Shown: one piece after another, positions 20,217-29,824 of the stretch
Numbering within the stretch: position 1 is the stretch's first letter
How the letters are laid out: each line of letters begins with the position of its first letter
Assembly: GCA_963702845.1 (NCBI GenBank)
Contig: OY969763.1
Location: 5,312,001-5,376,000 of the forward strand
Length of the DNA stretch: 64,000 nt
Source: an uncultured Verrucomicrobiae bacterium
GTDB lineage: Bacteria > Verrucomicrobiota > Verrucomicrobiia > Limisphaerales > Palsa-1400
Direction of reading: 5' to 3'
The notes under the pieces: model-generated
What the model was told of the DNA's origin: nothing
What the model saw: the letters and a program-made list of their open reading frames with translations, nothing else
The model's database searches: none
Position numbers and translations under genes: made by a program

Positions 20217-21791
20217 CTACGCGGCCGAATACTTTGCTTCGAACGGCGTCGGTCCCTTCGACCTATTCAGGCGTCCGTTCGCAGCTAGATGTTCGCAAAC
20301 CTTGAAGAGGGTTTCAAGGTCATCGCTACCGATTTTTTTGGCTAAATCGGAAACGGTCATTGGCGTGCCACTAACAGCATTAACCAACTTGAGCTGCAAA
20401 TCAATGACGACACCTGCAGCTTTTTTACCGGCTTCAACACCGGGCTGATGATAAGCGTTAACATTGATAAGGGAAGCGTAGAAACCAACGGTGCGCTCGA
20501 ACAGCGCGATTAAGACGCCAACAGCAGAAGCATTCACAACCTGTAGCGTTAACGTAACCGATTCACGCCCATTTTCACCCAAAGCGGCGCGCGTTCCGAG
20601 GTAAAACCCTTGTAAATAGTCCCCGGCGGTCACCTGTTCTTCCACGAAAAAAGGCTTGGCTTGGGCCCGATCCTTTAAAACCTCAATGAATGTCACGAAG
20701 AAGTTATTGACCCCCTCGCGCAGTTGCTGGACGTAAGCATGTTGGTCAGTTGAACCTTTGTTGCCGTAAACAGCAATCCCTTGATTAACCACAACCCCAG
20801 CACGATCCACACCTTTACCCAACGATTCCATGACAAGTTGTTGCAAATACCTGGAAAACAGCTCCAAACGATCTTTATAAGGCAAAACGACCATATCTCG
20901 GGATCCTTTACCGTTACCGGAAGCAAACCAAGCCAGTGCGAGCAGGGCGGCAGGGTTTGATTGGACCGTCCAATCTCGAGTAATCAAGTCGCTAGCGGCA
21001 GCTCCATTGAGAAGCAAATCAATGTCAAAGCCTTGCAACGCAGCGGGTAACAATCCGACAGCGGAAGTTTCGCTAGTGCGACCACCAACCCAATCCCACA
21101 TCGGGAACTGCTTCATCCATTTCTCACGATCGGCGACTTTGCTCAGTTCACTTCCGATCTGGGTAATGGCGACTGCGTGCTTACCGAAATCCAATCCAGC
21201 TGATTTATAGGCCGATTGGGCCTCTAACATGCCATTTCTGGTCTCTTTCGTGCCGCCAGACTTAGAGATAACGATAACGAGAGTCTGACCGAGCTCTTTT
21301 CCGATATCTGCCAGAACCCGGTCAAATCCGTCGGGATCAGTGTTATCAAAGAAGAAAGCGCGGAGCTTGTCCGTTTCAGGGTTGCTGAGGGCTCGCGTCA
21401 CGAACTGCGGCCCCAAAGCCGAGCCGCCGATGCCTATGAGCAGGAGATTAGTAAACACGCCGCGCTCGCCTCGAATCGTGCCGCTATGGACCTTGGCCGC
21501 GAACTCGTTAATGGCGGCGAGTGTCTTTGTGATTTCCTCCCGGATTTCAGCGGTCGGCGCCAGGTCGGGGCGACGGAGCCAATAATGACCAACCATCCGC
21601 TTCTCGTCAGGATTGGCGATCGCGCCTTTCTCCAGCTCGCGCATTTCGGCGAAGGCTTGCTGCATCCGGGGCTTCATCGTTTCGAAGAAGCCGGCCGGGA
21701 AATTCATTTTGCTCAGGTCAACCGACAGGCCGATGGACGGGAAATCAAAATAGAACTTTTTGAAATGCTCCCAGTTATTGCGCGCGCTCAT
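20217..21791 (-). CDS. pgi: Glucose-6-phosphate isomerase
   Basis: [49 protein letters not shown]. Confidence 0.97.
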   Translation of the reverse strand: MSARNNWEHFKKFYFDFPSIGLSVDLSKMNFPAGFFETMKPRMQQAFAEMRELEKGAIANPDEKRMVGHYWLRRPDLAPTAEIREEITKTLAAINEFAAKVHSGTIRGERGVFTNLLLIGIGGSALGPQFVTRALSNPETDKLRAFFFDNTDPDGFDRVLADIGKELGQTLVIVISKSGGTKETRNGMLEAQSAYKSAGLDFGKHAVAITQIGSELSKVADREKWMKQFPMWDWVGGRTSETSAVGLLPAALQGFDIDLLLNGAAASDLITRDWTVQSNPAALLALAWFASGNGKGSRDMVVLPYKDRLELFSRYLQQLVMESLGKGVDRAGVVVNQGIAVYGNKGSTDQHAYVQQLREGVNNFFVTFIEVLKDRAQAKPFFVEEQVTAGDYLQGFYLGTRAALGENGRESVTLTLQVVNASAVGVLIALFERTVGFYASLINVNAYHQPGVEAGKKAAGVVIDLQLKLVNAVSGTPMTVSDLAKKIGSDDLETLFKVCEHLAANGRLNRSKGPTPFEAKYSAA

Positions 21792-22029
21792 AATAAGGAG
21801 CTGAACCTAAACGGTATTGTGCAAAATCGACAGTAGTAAAATCGTTGATACGAAAACTACTACTTCATAACAATATAAGCCGTAGCTAACTCCGGTTACT
21901 ACATTCCGTCACGTTTCATGTAGTACATGCCGCTTCTTTGTACCGATCAGCGGTTCCACTTGCTGCCGAGTCAGGGTTTGACCGGCCTGCCTCGGTTGAT
22001 TTATGCGGGAGGCGTGGGACATTATTGAC

Positions 22030-22554
22030 ATGCGAAAGAAGGGTAAAGCGAAAACCAAAGCGCGCACCGTCAGACGCCCCGCGCGTGCAAAAGACATTCT
22101 TGGACCGCCCACCCTCCGCGAGCGCATCCCGGCTAAGTGGCAGTCGCACTACAACCATCTCCTCGAGCTGCATAATAATTTACGCATGAGCAAAGGCGAC
22201 TTGCAACAACAGGCGCGCGAGGAGAAGCCGGTCTGGAGCGAACACATGGCCGACGCGGGCACGGACAATTACGACCAGGATTTCGCATTGAGCATGGCCT
22301 CCAGTGAGCAGGATGCGATTTACGAAATCGAAGAGGCGATGCGCCGGATCAAGGCTGGCACGTACGGCATTTGTGAAATGACCGGCAAACCGATCGAACC
22401 GGCGCGATTGAACGCTATTCCGTGGACGCGTTTTTCCGCCAAGGCGGAACGCGAGCTCGAACAACGCGGGGAGATCGCCCACACACGGCTCGGCGACCGG
22501 ACCCACGTCGCGCGCAATCAACCGGAAGAAGAACCGGACGAAGAGACGGAGTAG
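22030..22554 (+). CDS. dksA: DksA/TraR family transcription factor
   Basis: HMADAGTD coiled-coil tip; EIEEAMRRIKAGTYGICEMTGKPIEPARLNAIPW. Confidence 0.85.
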   Translation: MRKKGKAKTKARTVRRPARAKDILGPPTLRERIPAKWQSHYNHLLELHNNLRMSKGDLQQQAREEKPVWSEHMADAGTDNYDQDFALSMASSEQDAIYEIEEAMRRIKAGTYGICEMTGKPIEPARLNAIPWTRFSAKAERELEQRGEIAHTRLGDRTHVARNQPEEEPDEETE

Positions 22555-22562
22555 GGGAGGGG

Positions 22563-22660
22563 AAAGCTCCAACGTCCAAGCTCCAACGCCCTAAAAGTCC
22601 CATACGATGAACCGGATTACTAGCGTGTTGGACGCCGGCCTTCGCACGGCGGCGGCTACA
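22563..22660. repeat. Intergenic heptamer repeats plus a GTAG-type REP-like hairpin
   Basis: AAGCTCCAACGTCCAAGCTCCAACGCC at 22564-22590; GTAGCCGCCGCCGTGCGAAGGCCGG on the minus strand ending at 22659. Confidence 0.55.
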
Positions 22661-22712
22661 CTACTTCAGAAATTTACTTTTTAATTGGGCCTTCTTTCCC
22701 CTTAATTGAGTT

Positions 22713-23657
22713 GTGGAAAGTTTGCCGAACGTGACCGTCATCATCGCTGCCCCTCCCGGCATGAACGATATTGCGGCGGTCGCTGGCGCAAAGAAGCTGG
22801 ATTATCCCGCTGATAAAGTCGAAATTCTGGTCGCGCGCGGCAAGCAGCCTTCGGTGCAGCGCAATGTGGCGATGCGCGCGGCTCGCGGTGAAATCCTTTA
22901 TTTTCTTGATGACGATTCGGTGCCGCAGCCAGACACGTTGCGGCGCGCGGTCGAACAATTCCGTCGGCCGGAAGTGAAGATGGTGGGTGGGCCGAATCTG
23001 TGTCCGCCCGAATCGACCAAACTGCAACAAGCGTTTTCGCTGACGATGGGGACAATGCTCGCGTTCGGCCCGAGCAGCGCGCGTTATCGCAGCGTGGGTA
23101 AGTTGCGCGAGAGCAGCGAAAAGGAACTCATCCTTTGCAACCTGCTGGCGCGTCGCGAGGCCATGCTTGAGTTGGACGGGTTCAACGAAAAGCTTTATCC
23201 AAACGAAGAAAACGCGCTGATGGACGAACTGCAAAAACGCCGCGGCAAATTGATTTATGATCCGAACCTGATCGTCCACCGGCACCCGCGCGCGACCCTG
23301 CGGGCGTTCTGCGGGATGTTGCGGACTTACGGCCGCGGCCGCGCGGAACAGTTCCGTTTGCATCCGACTGCGAATTCGATCGTGAACTTCGTCCCGCCGC
23401 TGTTCCTGATTTACCTCCTGGCGGTTGGATTTCTGCCGAGATTTTGTCTATGGCCATTGGCGGTGTATGGAGTGGCGGTTTTGTTGCAGGCGCTGGCCGT
23501 CGTTCCGCTGAAGAAGCTTTTGTGGGTGCCCGAGGTTATGGGACTGATTTTTCTCAGCCATATATTATATGGCTTTGGTTTCTGGCGCGGTTGTTTCAGC
23601 CGGCCGCAATCGCCCACGCCAGCACTGGCGGCGGAGATTAAATTGGAGCGACCCTAA
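22713..23657 (+). CDS. GT2 family glycosyltransferase with C-terminal membrane helices
   Basis: QRNVAMRAARGEILYFLDDD (DxD), LDGFNEKLYPNEE, YGRGRA, hydrophobic C-terminus. Confidence 0.9.
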   Translation: MESLPNVTVIIAAPPGMNDIAAVAGAKKLDYPADKVEILVARGKQPSVQRNVAMRAARGEILYFLDDDSVPQPDTLRRAVEQFRRPEVKMVGGPNLCPPESTKLQQAFSLTMGTMLAFGPSSARYRSVGKLRESSEKELILCNLLARREAMLELDGFNEKLYPNEENALMDELQKRRGKLIYDPNLIVHRHPRATLRAFCGMLRTYGRGRAEQFRLHPTANSIVNFVPPLFLIYLLAVGFLPRFCLWPLAVYGVAVLLQALAVVPLKKLLWVPEVMGLIFLSHILYGFGFWRGCFSRPQSPTPALAAEIKLERP

Positions 23658-23663
23658 CGCGGC

Positions 23664-24584
23664 ATGCAAAACCTAGTTGAAGATTTTTTGTTCTATTTGC
23701 GCCATGAGAAGGGGCAATCGGAGAAAACTCAGAAGACCTACTCAGCGCAGTTGAATTCATTTTTGCAATGGGCGGCAAAACGCGGGCTCACCGATTGGAA
23801 AGCGGTCACGTTATCGGACTTGATGGCGTTCGTGGAGGACGAGACCAAACGACCGCTGAAAAACGACAAAAAGGATTCCGCGCGAAAGCCGAGTTCGGAA
23901 ACGATTTATCTCGAGATCGCGGCGCTGCGCGCGTTCTACAAATTTGCCGAGAACGAAAAACTTCTGCCGGCCAACATTGCGGAGAACCTGAGTTTGCCAC
24001 GGCGTTGGAAGCGCTTGCCCAAAAACATGTCCACGCGCGAAGTGGAGAATTTGTTGAAACCAGAAATACCGGCGACACCGCAAACGTTGTGCGACCAGGC
24101 GATTATCGAATTGGCGTATGCGTCGGGTTTGCGCCTGGCGGAGCTGCGCGGGATTCGACTGGAGCAACTGCACCTGGAAGCGGGATTCGTCAACGTGGTA
24201 GGGAAGGGGAACAAAGAACGGGTCGTGCCGGTCGGCAAAAAGGCGGTGGAAGCGATCGAGCGCTATCTCGCGTCGGGCCGACCGAAACTGATCACGCCCA
24301 AGTCGCCGGCAAACCTGTTTCTAACGCAACGCGGAACTCCCTTTGCGGCGGTGACAATGTGGAAACGCGTCAAGCGCCGCGCCAAATACGCGGGCATAGC
24401 GCGCAACATCACCCCGCACATGTTACGACATAGTTTTGCCACGCACTTGCTCGAGAACGGCGCGGATTTACGCGTGATTCAGGAATTGCTCGGGCACGCC
24501 AACATCAGCACGACGGAGGTTTATACGCACGTTGCTGGAGAGCGGCTGCGCGATATTCACCGGAAATTTCACCCGCGCGCGTGA
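23664..24584 (+). CDS. xerD: Chromosomal tyrosine recombinase (XerD/XerC)
   Basis: YASGLRLAEL, GKGNKERVVP, TPHMLRHSFATHLL, LLGHANISTTEVY, FHPRA end. The XerD versus XerC assignment is uncertain. Confidence 0.85.
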   Translation: MQNLVEDFLFYLRHEKGQSEKTQKTYSAQLNSFLQWAAKRGLTDWKAVTLSDLMAFVEDETKRPLKNDKKDSARKPSSETIYLEIAALRAFYKFAENEKLLPANIAENLSLPRRWKRLPKNMSTREVENLLKPEIPATPQTLCDQAIIELAYASGLRLAELRGIRLEQLHLEAGFVNVVGKGNKERVVPVGKKAVEAIERYLASGRPKLITPKSPANLFLTQRGTPFAAVTMWKRVKRRAKYAGIARNITPHMLRHSFATHLLENGADLRVIQELLGHANISTTEVYTHVAGERLRDIHRKFHPRA

Positions 24585-24693
24585 CGCTACGGTAGCGCTG
24601 CGCTGCTCGAAAACCGCTGGACTGTTTGGTAAAAACCGGCGACAGTGGGCGCCGGCCTAACAAAGGAGGCCAAAGAATTTTTCGCATTTAGCC

Positions 24694-26829
24694 ATGGCAA
24701 AACGCAAAAATAGCGCTGCTCAACCAGAATTAAAAATCGAACTCCCAGTTAACACTGACGGCGTTCAGACGACCAAGCCGCTCAATGAAGCCGACGGCGC
24801 CAAGCCGAACGGCAACGGCAACGACTCGACCCATGTCCTCGCCGAGGCCGTCGCATTGCCACCGCCGCGTCCGTTCGAGCCCCGCAAGATCGAGCTGCCG
24901 ATCCATTCGCGCGTTAACAAAAGCTTCATGGAATACGCGTCGTATGTCATTCGCGACCGCGCCATTCCGCACCTTATCGATGGTTTGAAACCGGTGCAGC
25001 GCCGTATTTTGTGGGCTTTGCACGAGAAGGATGACGGGCGTTTTATCAAAGTGGCCAACGTCACCGGGCATTGCATGCAGTATCATCCGCATGGCAATGC
25101 TTCCATCGACGACGCGCTCGTCGTCCTGACCAACAAGCGTTACTTGATCGAAGGGCAGGGGAACTTCGGAAATATTTTCACGGGCGACCCGGCGGCGGCC
25201 GCGCGTTACATCGAATGCCGATTGACCCCGCTGGCGCGCGAAGAAGTTTTCAACGACGAGATCACCGATTTCGTTCCGAGCTACGACGGTCGTAACAAGG
25301 AACCGATCACGCTGCCATGCAAGTTGCCGCTTCTGCTGATGCTCGGCACCGAAGGCATCGCCGTCGGCATGGCCTGCCGCATTTTGCCGCATAATTTTCC
25401 TGAATTGCTCGCGGCGCAGATCGCGATTCTCAAGAAGCAACCGTTCAAGGTGCTGCCGGATTTCGTAACCGGCGGATTGATGGACGCGCGCGGTTACAAG
25501 GACGGCACCGGCGAAATCAAAGTTCGCGCGAAGATGAAAGTCAAAGACGACTCGACCGTCAGCATCATCGAAATTCCGCCGACGACCACAACCGATTCGT
25601 TGATGTCGTCGATCGAAGAGGCTTCGCGCAAAGGCAAACTCAAGGTCAAGACCGTCAACGATTTCACGTCGGAAGAAGTGGAAATCGAAGTCAAAGCGCC
25701 GAGCGGCGTAAGCGCAGAGAAATTGATGGATGCGCTTTACGCTTTCACCGATTGCGAAATTACGATTTCCAGCCGCATCGTCGTTATTAAGGAAAATCGG
25801 CCGGTCGAGATGACCGTGTCGCAGGTGTTGGAAGAAAACACCAAGCAACTTCTCACGACGCTGAAGCGCGAGTTGGAGCTGAAGCAGCAGAAACTCGAAA
25901 ACGAACTGCACGCTCGCACTCTCGTCCGCATCTTCATTGAGGAACGCATCTACAAAAAGATCGAGTCCTGCCGCACCGCTGAAGCAGTGAACGAAGCGAT
26001 CGTCAAAGGTTTCGAGCCGTTCAAGCGCCAACTCTATCGCGAGCTCGTCCAGGACGACGTTGACATGCTCCTGCGCGTTGCCATCCGCCGCATTTCGCTC
26101 TTCGACATCAACAAGCATCGCGAAGAGATGGACAAGGTCAAAGCCGACCTGAAAGAAACTCAGGGGCACCTGAAAAATGTCACCAAATATGCCATCGTCC
26201 GTCTCGAAGCTTTGATCGAGAAATACGGCCCGATGTATCCGCGCCTGACCAAGTCGAGCCGTTACGACGAAGTGGATGCCCGCGAAGTGGCGTTTAAGGC
26301 GTTCAAGGTTGCATACGATCGCGAGTCCGGTTACGTCGGCTACAAAGTTTCCGGTGAAGAATTCAAGAGCGAGTGCACGAAGTTCGACAAGCTGCTGCTC
26401 GTGTTCCGCGATGGCCATTACAAAGTCACCGAGTTGCCCGAGAAAATGTTCGTCGGGCCCGACTTGGAATACTGCGCCATTCCCGACCGCGACAAGGTCA
26501 TGACCTGTGTTTACACCGATCGCGACGCAACGTATCTGAAGCGTTTCACGTTCGGCGGCACGATCATGAACAAGGAATATTTCTGCATTCCGGAGAAGTC
26601 GCGCATTTTATATCTGGAACCGGAAACGCCGAAGCAATTGTACATCCGCTACAAACCGGCGGCCTACCAAAAGATCAATCAACAGACGTGCGACCCGTCG
26701 CAGATTGAAATCAAAGGCCCGAAAACACGCGGCCGCCAGATCTCGATCAAGGAAGTCGCCGCCGTGAACAGTAAACCCCCGCGCGGCTGGGACGAAGCCG
26801 CACCGACAACGAAGCTGGCGTTTACGTAA
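24694..26829 (+). CDS. parC: DNA topoisomerase IV subunit A
   Basis: DGLKPVQRRIL, YHPHG, AAARYIECRL (catalytic Tyr); short C-terminal domain with no GyrA-box. Confidence 0.88.
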   Translation: MAKRKNSAAQPELKIELPVNTDGVQTTKPLNEADGAKPNGNGNDSTHVLAEAVALPPPRPFEPRKIELPIHSRVNKSFMEYASYVIRDRAIPHLIDGLKPVQRRILWALHEKDDGRFIKVANVTGHCMQYHPHGNASIDDALVVLTNKRYLIEGQGNFGNIFTGDPAAAARYIECRLTPLAREEVFNDEITDFVPSYDGRNKEPITLPCKLPLLLMLGTEGIAVGMACRILPHNFPELLAAQIAILKKQPFKVLPDFVTGGLMDARGYKDGTGEIKVRAKMKVKDDSTVSIIEIPPTTTTDSLMSSIEEASRKGKLKVKTVNDFTSEEVEIEVKAPSGVSAEKLMDALYAFTDCEITISSRIVVIKENRPVEMTVSQVLEENTKQLLTTLKRELELKQQKLENELHARTLVRIFIEERIYKKIESCRTAEAVNEAIVKGFEPFKRQLYRELVQDDVDMLLRVAIRRISLFDINKHREEMDKVKADLKETQGHLKNVTKYAIVRLEALIEKYGPMYPRLTKSSRYDEVDAREVAFKAFKVAYDRESGYVGYKVSGEEFKSECTKFDKLLLVFRDGHYKVTELPEKMFVGPDLEYCAIPDRDKVMTCVYTDRDATYLKRFTFGGTIMNKEYFCIPEKSRILYLEPETPKQLYIRYKPAAYQKINQQTCDPSQIEIKGPKTRGRQISIKEVAAVNSKPPRGWDEAAPTTKLAFT

Positions 26830-27008
26830 GCGGTTGTTGCTATCGAGACCAGAGAACCGATTTCGGCGCAACGGATTCTCCACAGATCTCGATGGACGCG
26901 GATTTCAACAGAAGGGAACAAAGATAACGAAGGGCTGGGAACACGAACGCCCAACATTGAACGGATAACGCACGGGACGGATTCTTTTTCGTAATCGGTT
27001 ATCAAAAT

Positions 27009-27057
27009 GAACCCGCGCAAATCCCAGCCGGATTAGCTGAGCATTTGCGCGGGTTTT
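27009..27057. terminator. Long hairpin between the convergent parC and GH25 genes
   Basis: AACCCGCGCAAAT...ATTTGCGCGGGTT inverted repeat followed by TT. Confidence 0.6.
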
Positions 27058-27085
27058 GAATTGAATATCCCGTCAGCGGATGTTG

Positions 27086-27862
27086 TTAATCTCCCACGAG
27101 GTCGTTGGCGACCATGTGGGACAACGTGCTGAAGTAAGCATCAAAGTCGCAGTTGCCTGAGACGCCACCGATGCTGCCGGTGGAGCTGACCTGCCACCAG
27201 ACCCAATATTGGCCGCCGGGTTGCTTATAATTGCAGCTAGCGCACGAGGTCCACGGATGGCCGGTGTAGAGGTTCTGACCGTTGTAAATGGCGACCCAAG
27301 CCTCGAGCGTGCAGGCAGTGGTCATGTCGCACATGCCGTTGCAAGCGCTGGCGTAGAGGATAGGATGCATGCTGGCCGAAGTTTTGCCCTGCACATAGCC
27401 ACCCCAGGCGTTAATCCAATCCGTATAGCTGGGCTGGCAGGAGTGACCAAACACCTCGAAATCAACCACTGGGAAGATGGTTTTTCCGTCGGCAACAATC
27501 TTACTTCCCGCAAAGGCCCAGAAGTAATTCGCTTCAACGCTGGCGCAGTTCTGGTCAGGCCGGGCGAAGTCATAGGCACCCATCTTTAGGCCCGCTGACT
27601 TGCCGTTGCTCATGTTGGCGCTGTAAGTGCCATCGTGGAAGTAATTCCCTTCCGTCGCCTTGCAAAAGGCGAAATCCGCGCCATTGGCATGCACGCTCGA
27701 CCAATTGACCGTGCCGTTATTGTTCGACACATCAATGCCGAACAGGTTGTTGGCCTGGGCGGAGGTGGCGGCTAAGCCGAGGGTGGTCAAGGCGACAGCA
27801 GGTAAGGCGAGACGTTTTTTCGCTTTCGAAATAACTCGCGCTAAGGATAGTACTATTTTCAT
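27086..27862 (-). CDS. Secreted GH25 muramidase (lysozyme M1-like)
   Basis: Signal peptide ending AQA; FGIDVS, KATEG, GAYDFARP, VVDFE (DxE), WWQVSSTG...CDFD. Confidence 0.9.
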   Translation of the reverse strand: MKIVLSLARVISKAKKRLALPAVALTTLGLAATSAQANNLFGIDVSNNNGTVNWSSVHANGADFAFCKATEGNYFHDGTYSANMSNGKSAGLKMGAYDFARPDQNCASVEANYFWAFAGSKIVADGKTIFPVVDFEVFGHSCQPSYTDWINAWGGYVQGKTSASMHPILYASACNGMCDMTTACTLEAWVAIYNGQNLYTGHPWTSCASCNYKQPGGQYWVWWQVSSTGSIGGVSGNCDFDAYFSTLSHMVANDLVGD

Positions 27863-28175
27863 TTTTATGCTTTCTGGTTTGTTTCTTTCTGGTTTGTTTT
27901 TTGTTTGTTGGATTTTTTGCTTTGAGGCAGAACACGCCGCATTGTTGACAGATATCGCTTTCGACAACGTTCCGTACGCGGCTTCTGCAAGCACGCGCGG
28001 ACATGGCGCTTTGCACTCAAATTTAGAGCAGTGGGAACGGGGTCGAGTCTGAACTATCTACAAACCAGCGCAATGGGGGTTCGGCTGTTTGATTGATAGG
28101 GGGTTATATCAGTAAGCTTTAGGGCTATCCCCTAAAACTCCGACGCGGAGACGTGTTATTTTTCACGGCCCGGTG

Positions 28176-29126
28176 CTATCTGGGGAAAAACGCATATAAA
28201 TCAAATATCACGTGGGCAATAAAAAGAGGCCAGAGACGACGCCATTTCCAATAGATAAATCCGAAGATCAACCCCAGCGGGAAAATGATCAGGAGCGCAG
28301 TGATACCATGATACGAGTGCAGGAACGTGCGAAACAAAGCGCTCGCCAATATTGCGGCCCACATGCCGTAGCGCTGCAACGATTGGACAAAGTAACCCGT
28401 TTCCAGCGCCTCTTCCCAAATAGGATTGATCACTCCCAGGAGGAGTAGAACGGGCAATGACAAATCACTGACTGAGTGACTACGCACCATTCCCGGAAAA
28501 ATTACGTTGGCGGTCGAGGCTAGGGCTGCGATCACCAAAATCGACACCAAACCCAAAAGAACTCCGGCTCCGGTAAGTTTCCAGGTCGGTTGGAAACCCC
28601 ACGTTCCAAGCGGCCAATTACGGGTGCGGGCAATCCAGAACGCCACAACCAAGCCGAACAATTCAAGGATGACCACTGTGAGCGCGCTCCTGTCGGTGGT
28701 GTGAGGCTTGGGCGTGCTCCCTATGCTTCCTCTGGTTACCTCGACGGTATTGGTTTTGAGATTGGTCGTGTCAACCAGCTCAAGTGTCACCTTGCTGCCG
28801 GCTGGGCCACGTATCATATCAGCGCAGTCCTTCAATGACTTGCCGTCGGTGGTCGTGCCGTCAATCTTCTGGATAACCAAGCCGCTGGATAATCCTGCTT
28901 TTGACGCGGGTGCATTGGGCAATACCTGTCTAATGAATATCTTGTGGTCCTTCGCGTTTAGCTCGACGCCGATCCCCGCGATAACCTGCTGAGGCGGACT
29001 GGTGGCGCTCCAGGAATGATTGGTAATCGCCACAATGCTCGCGTAAATCGCCCACCAAGAACAGATGAACACGACCAGACAGAATTCGGCCGGAAGGGGG
29101 AGTTTGCGGATGATTGTTTTAAGCAT
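28176..29126 (-). CDS. CPBP (Abi/CAAX) intramembrane metalloprotease with an inserted PDZ domain
   Basis: PDZ: AGIGVEL...VLPNAPASKAGL...IQKIDG...IRGPAGSKVTL. CPBP motifs: WEEALE, FRTFLH, AHVIFD. Confidence 0.85.
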   Translation of the reverse strand: MLKTIIRKLPLPAEFCLVVFICSWWAIYASIVAITNHSWSATSPPQQVIAGIGVELNAKDHKIFIRQVLPNAPASKAGLSSGLVIQKIDGTTTDGKSLKDCADMIRGPAGSKVTLELVDTTNLKTNTVEVTRGSIGSTPKPHTTDRSALTVVILELFGLVVAFWIARTRNWPLGTWGFQPTWKLTGAGVLLGLVSILVIAALASTANVIFPGMVRSHSVSDLSLPVLLLLGVINPIWEEALETGYFVQSLQRYGMWAAILASALFRTFLHSYHGITALLIIFPLGLIFGFIYWKWRRLWPLFIAHVIFDLYAFFPR

Positions 29127-29157
29127 TTAGTGTGGCCCGCAGTCCGCTGCTGCGCCG

Positions 29158-29442
29158 TTACCCTAAAATCCGTCCATTCTCTTGAAAGCGAGCTGCAATT
29201 TTCAGCAGCTTCACATCGGAGTCGAATTTAAGAGCAATTATCCATTGCATCGTCGCCACCAATGCGAGACCCAATTCGGCGGTACGGTGAGAACCGTAAC
29301 TCGCGACGAGCATCATGGCCGACATAACGCAGGCGCTGCAGAACATTACTGCCCTCGTCTTCGAACGGCTCGAAATGGCAATCGCACGAAGTTCTGGGCT
29401 TACGGCCGCATCAGCGAACTTGTTGTCGTATTTGTTGAACAT
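29158..29442 (-). CDS. Small hypothetical membrane protein (two helices)
   Basis: 94-aa ORF with two hydrophobic segments, 31 bp upstream of the CPBP gene on the same strand. Confidence 0.55.
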   Translation of the reverse strand: MFNKYDNKFADAAVSPELRAIAISSRSKTRAVMFCSACVMSAMMLVASYGSHRTAELGLALVATMQWIIALKFDSDVKLLKIAARFQENGRILG

Positions 29443-29824
29443 AACGCACGATGGCTATTATTTAATATTCGAACAAGCCCTGTTTGTTTGGTTTACAAGC
29501 GCGATTTGGCGGGCGTTCGCGGTTTTTTTGGGTTACGGTGTTGGTCGGATTCAACCGGGCACATGAAAGCTACCGCTATCGTCAAAAATCACGTCTCTTG
29601 TCGACGAGACCTACCCGTTCTGAGGATGTCTCGGATATGCTTTTGATACTTGAGACGTCTAAGACGTCTGAGACTCGATGCCAACCCGCTTCGAAATCGC
29701 GTTTCACCATATGCCGTGGCTGCTTCTGCCGCCCAACGCGCAATCTCTGCCTGTTAATAATGTGGGAACAACGAAGAATATCATTCCATTGCTACGGGGT
29801 GGTAACTCTCTATTCTAGCGGCCA

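Noticed and set aside
23664..24584. Tyrosine recombinase as a phage or island integrase
   Set aside because: Its size and motifs match housekeeping Xer, and there is no att repeat, tRNA or phage gene nearby.
26830..27000. Possible ncRNA or mobile-element remnant after parC
   Set aside because: Contains only degenerate short repeat-like strings, with no tRNA fold, terminal inverted repeats or credible ORF.
27086..27862. GH25 as a prophage endolysin
   Set aside because: It has a Sec-type signal peptide and there are no phage structural or replication genes in the window.
27868..27915. TTTCTGGTTTGTTT direct repeat upstream of GH25
   Set aside because: A two-copy low-complexity leader sequence with no further support.
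29590..29680. GAGAC/GTCTC short repeats upstream of dnaB
   Set aside because: Short and irregular; I could not assign an RNA structure or a known element.
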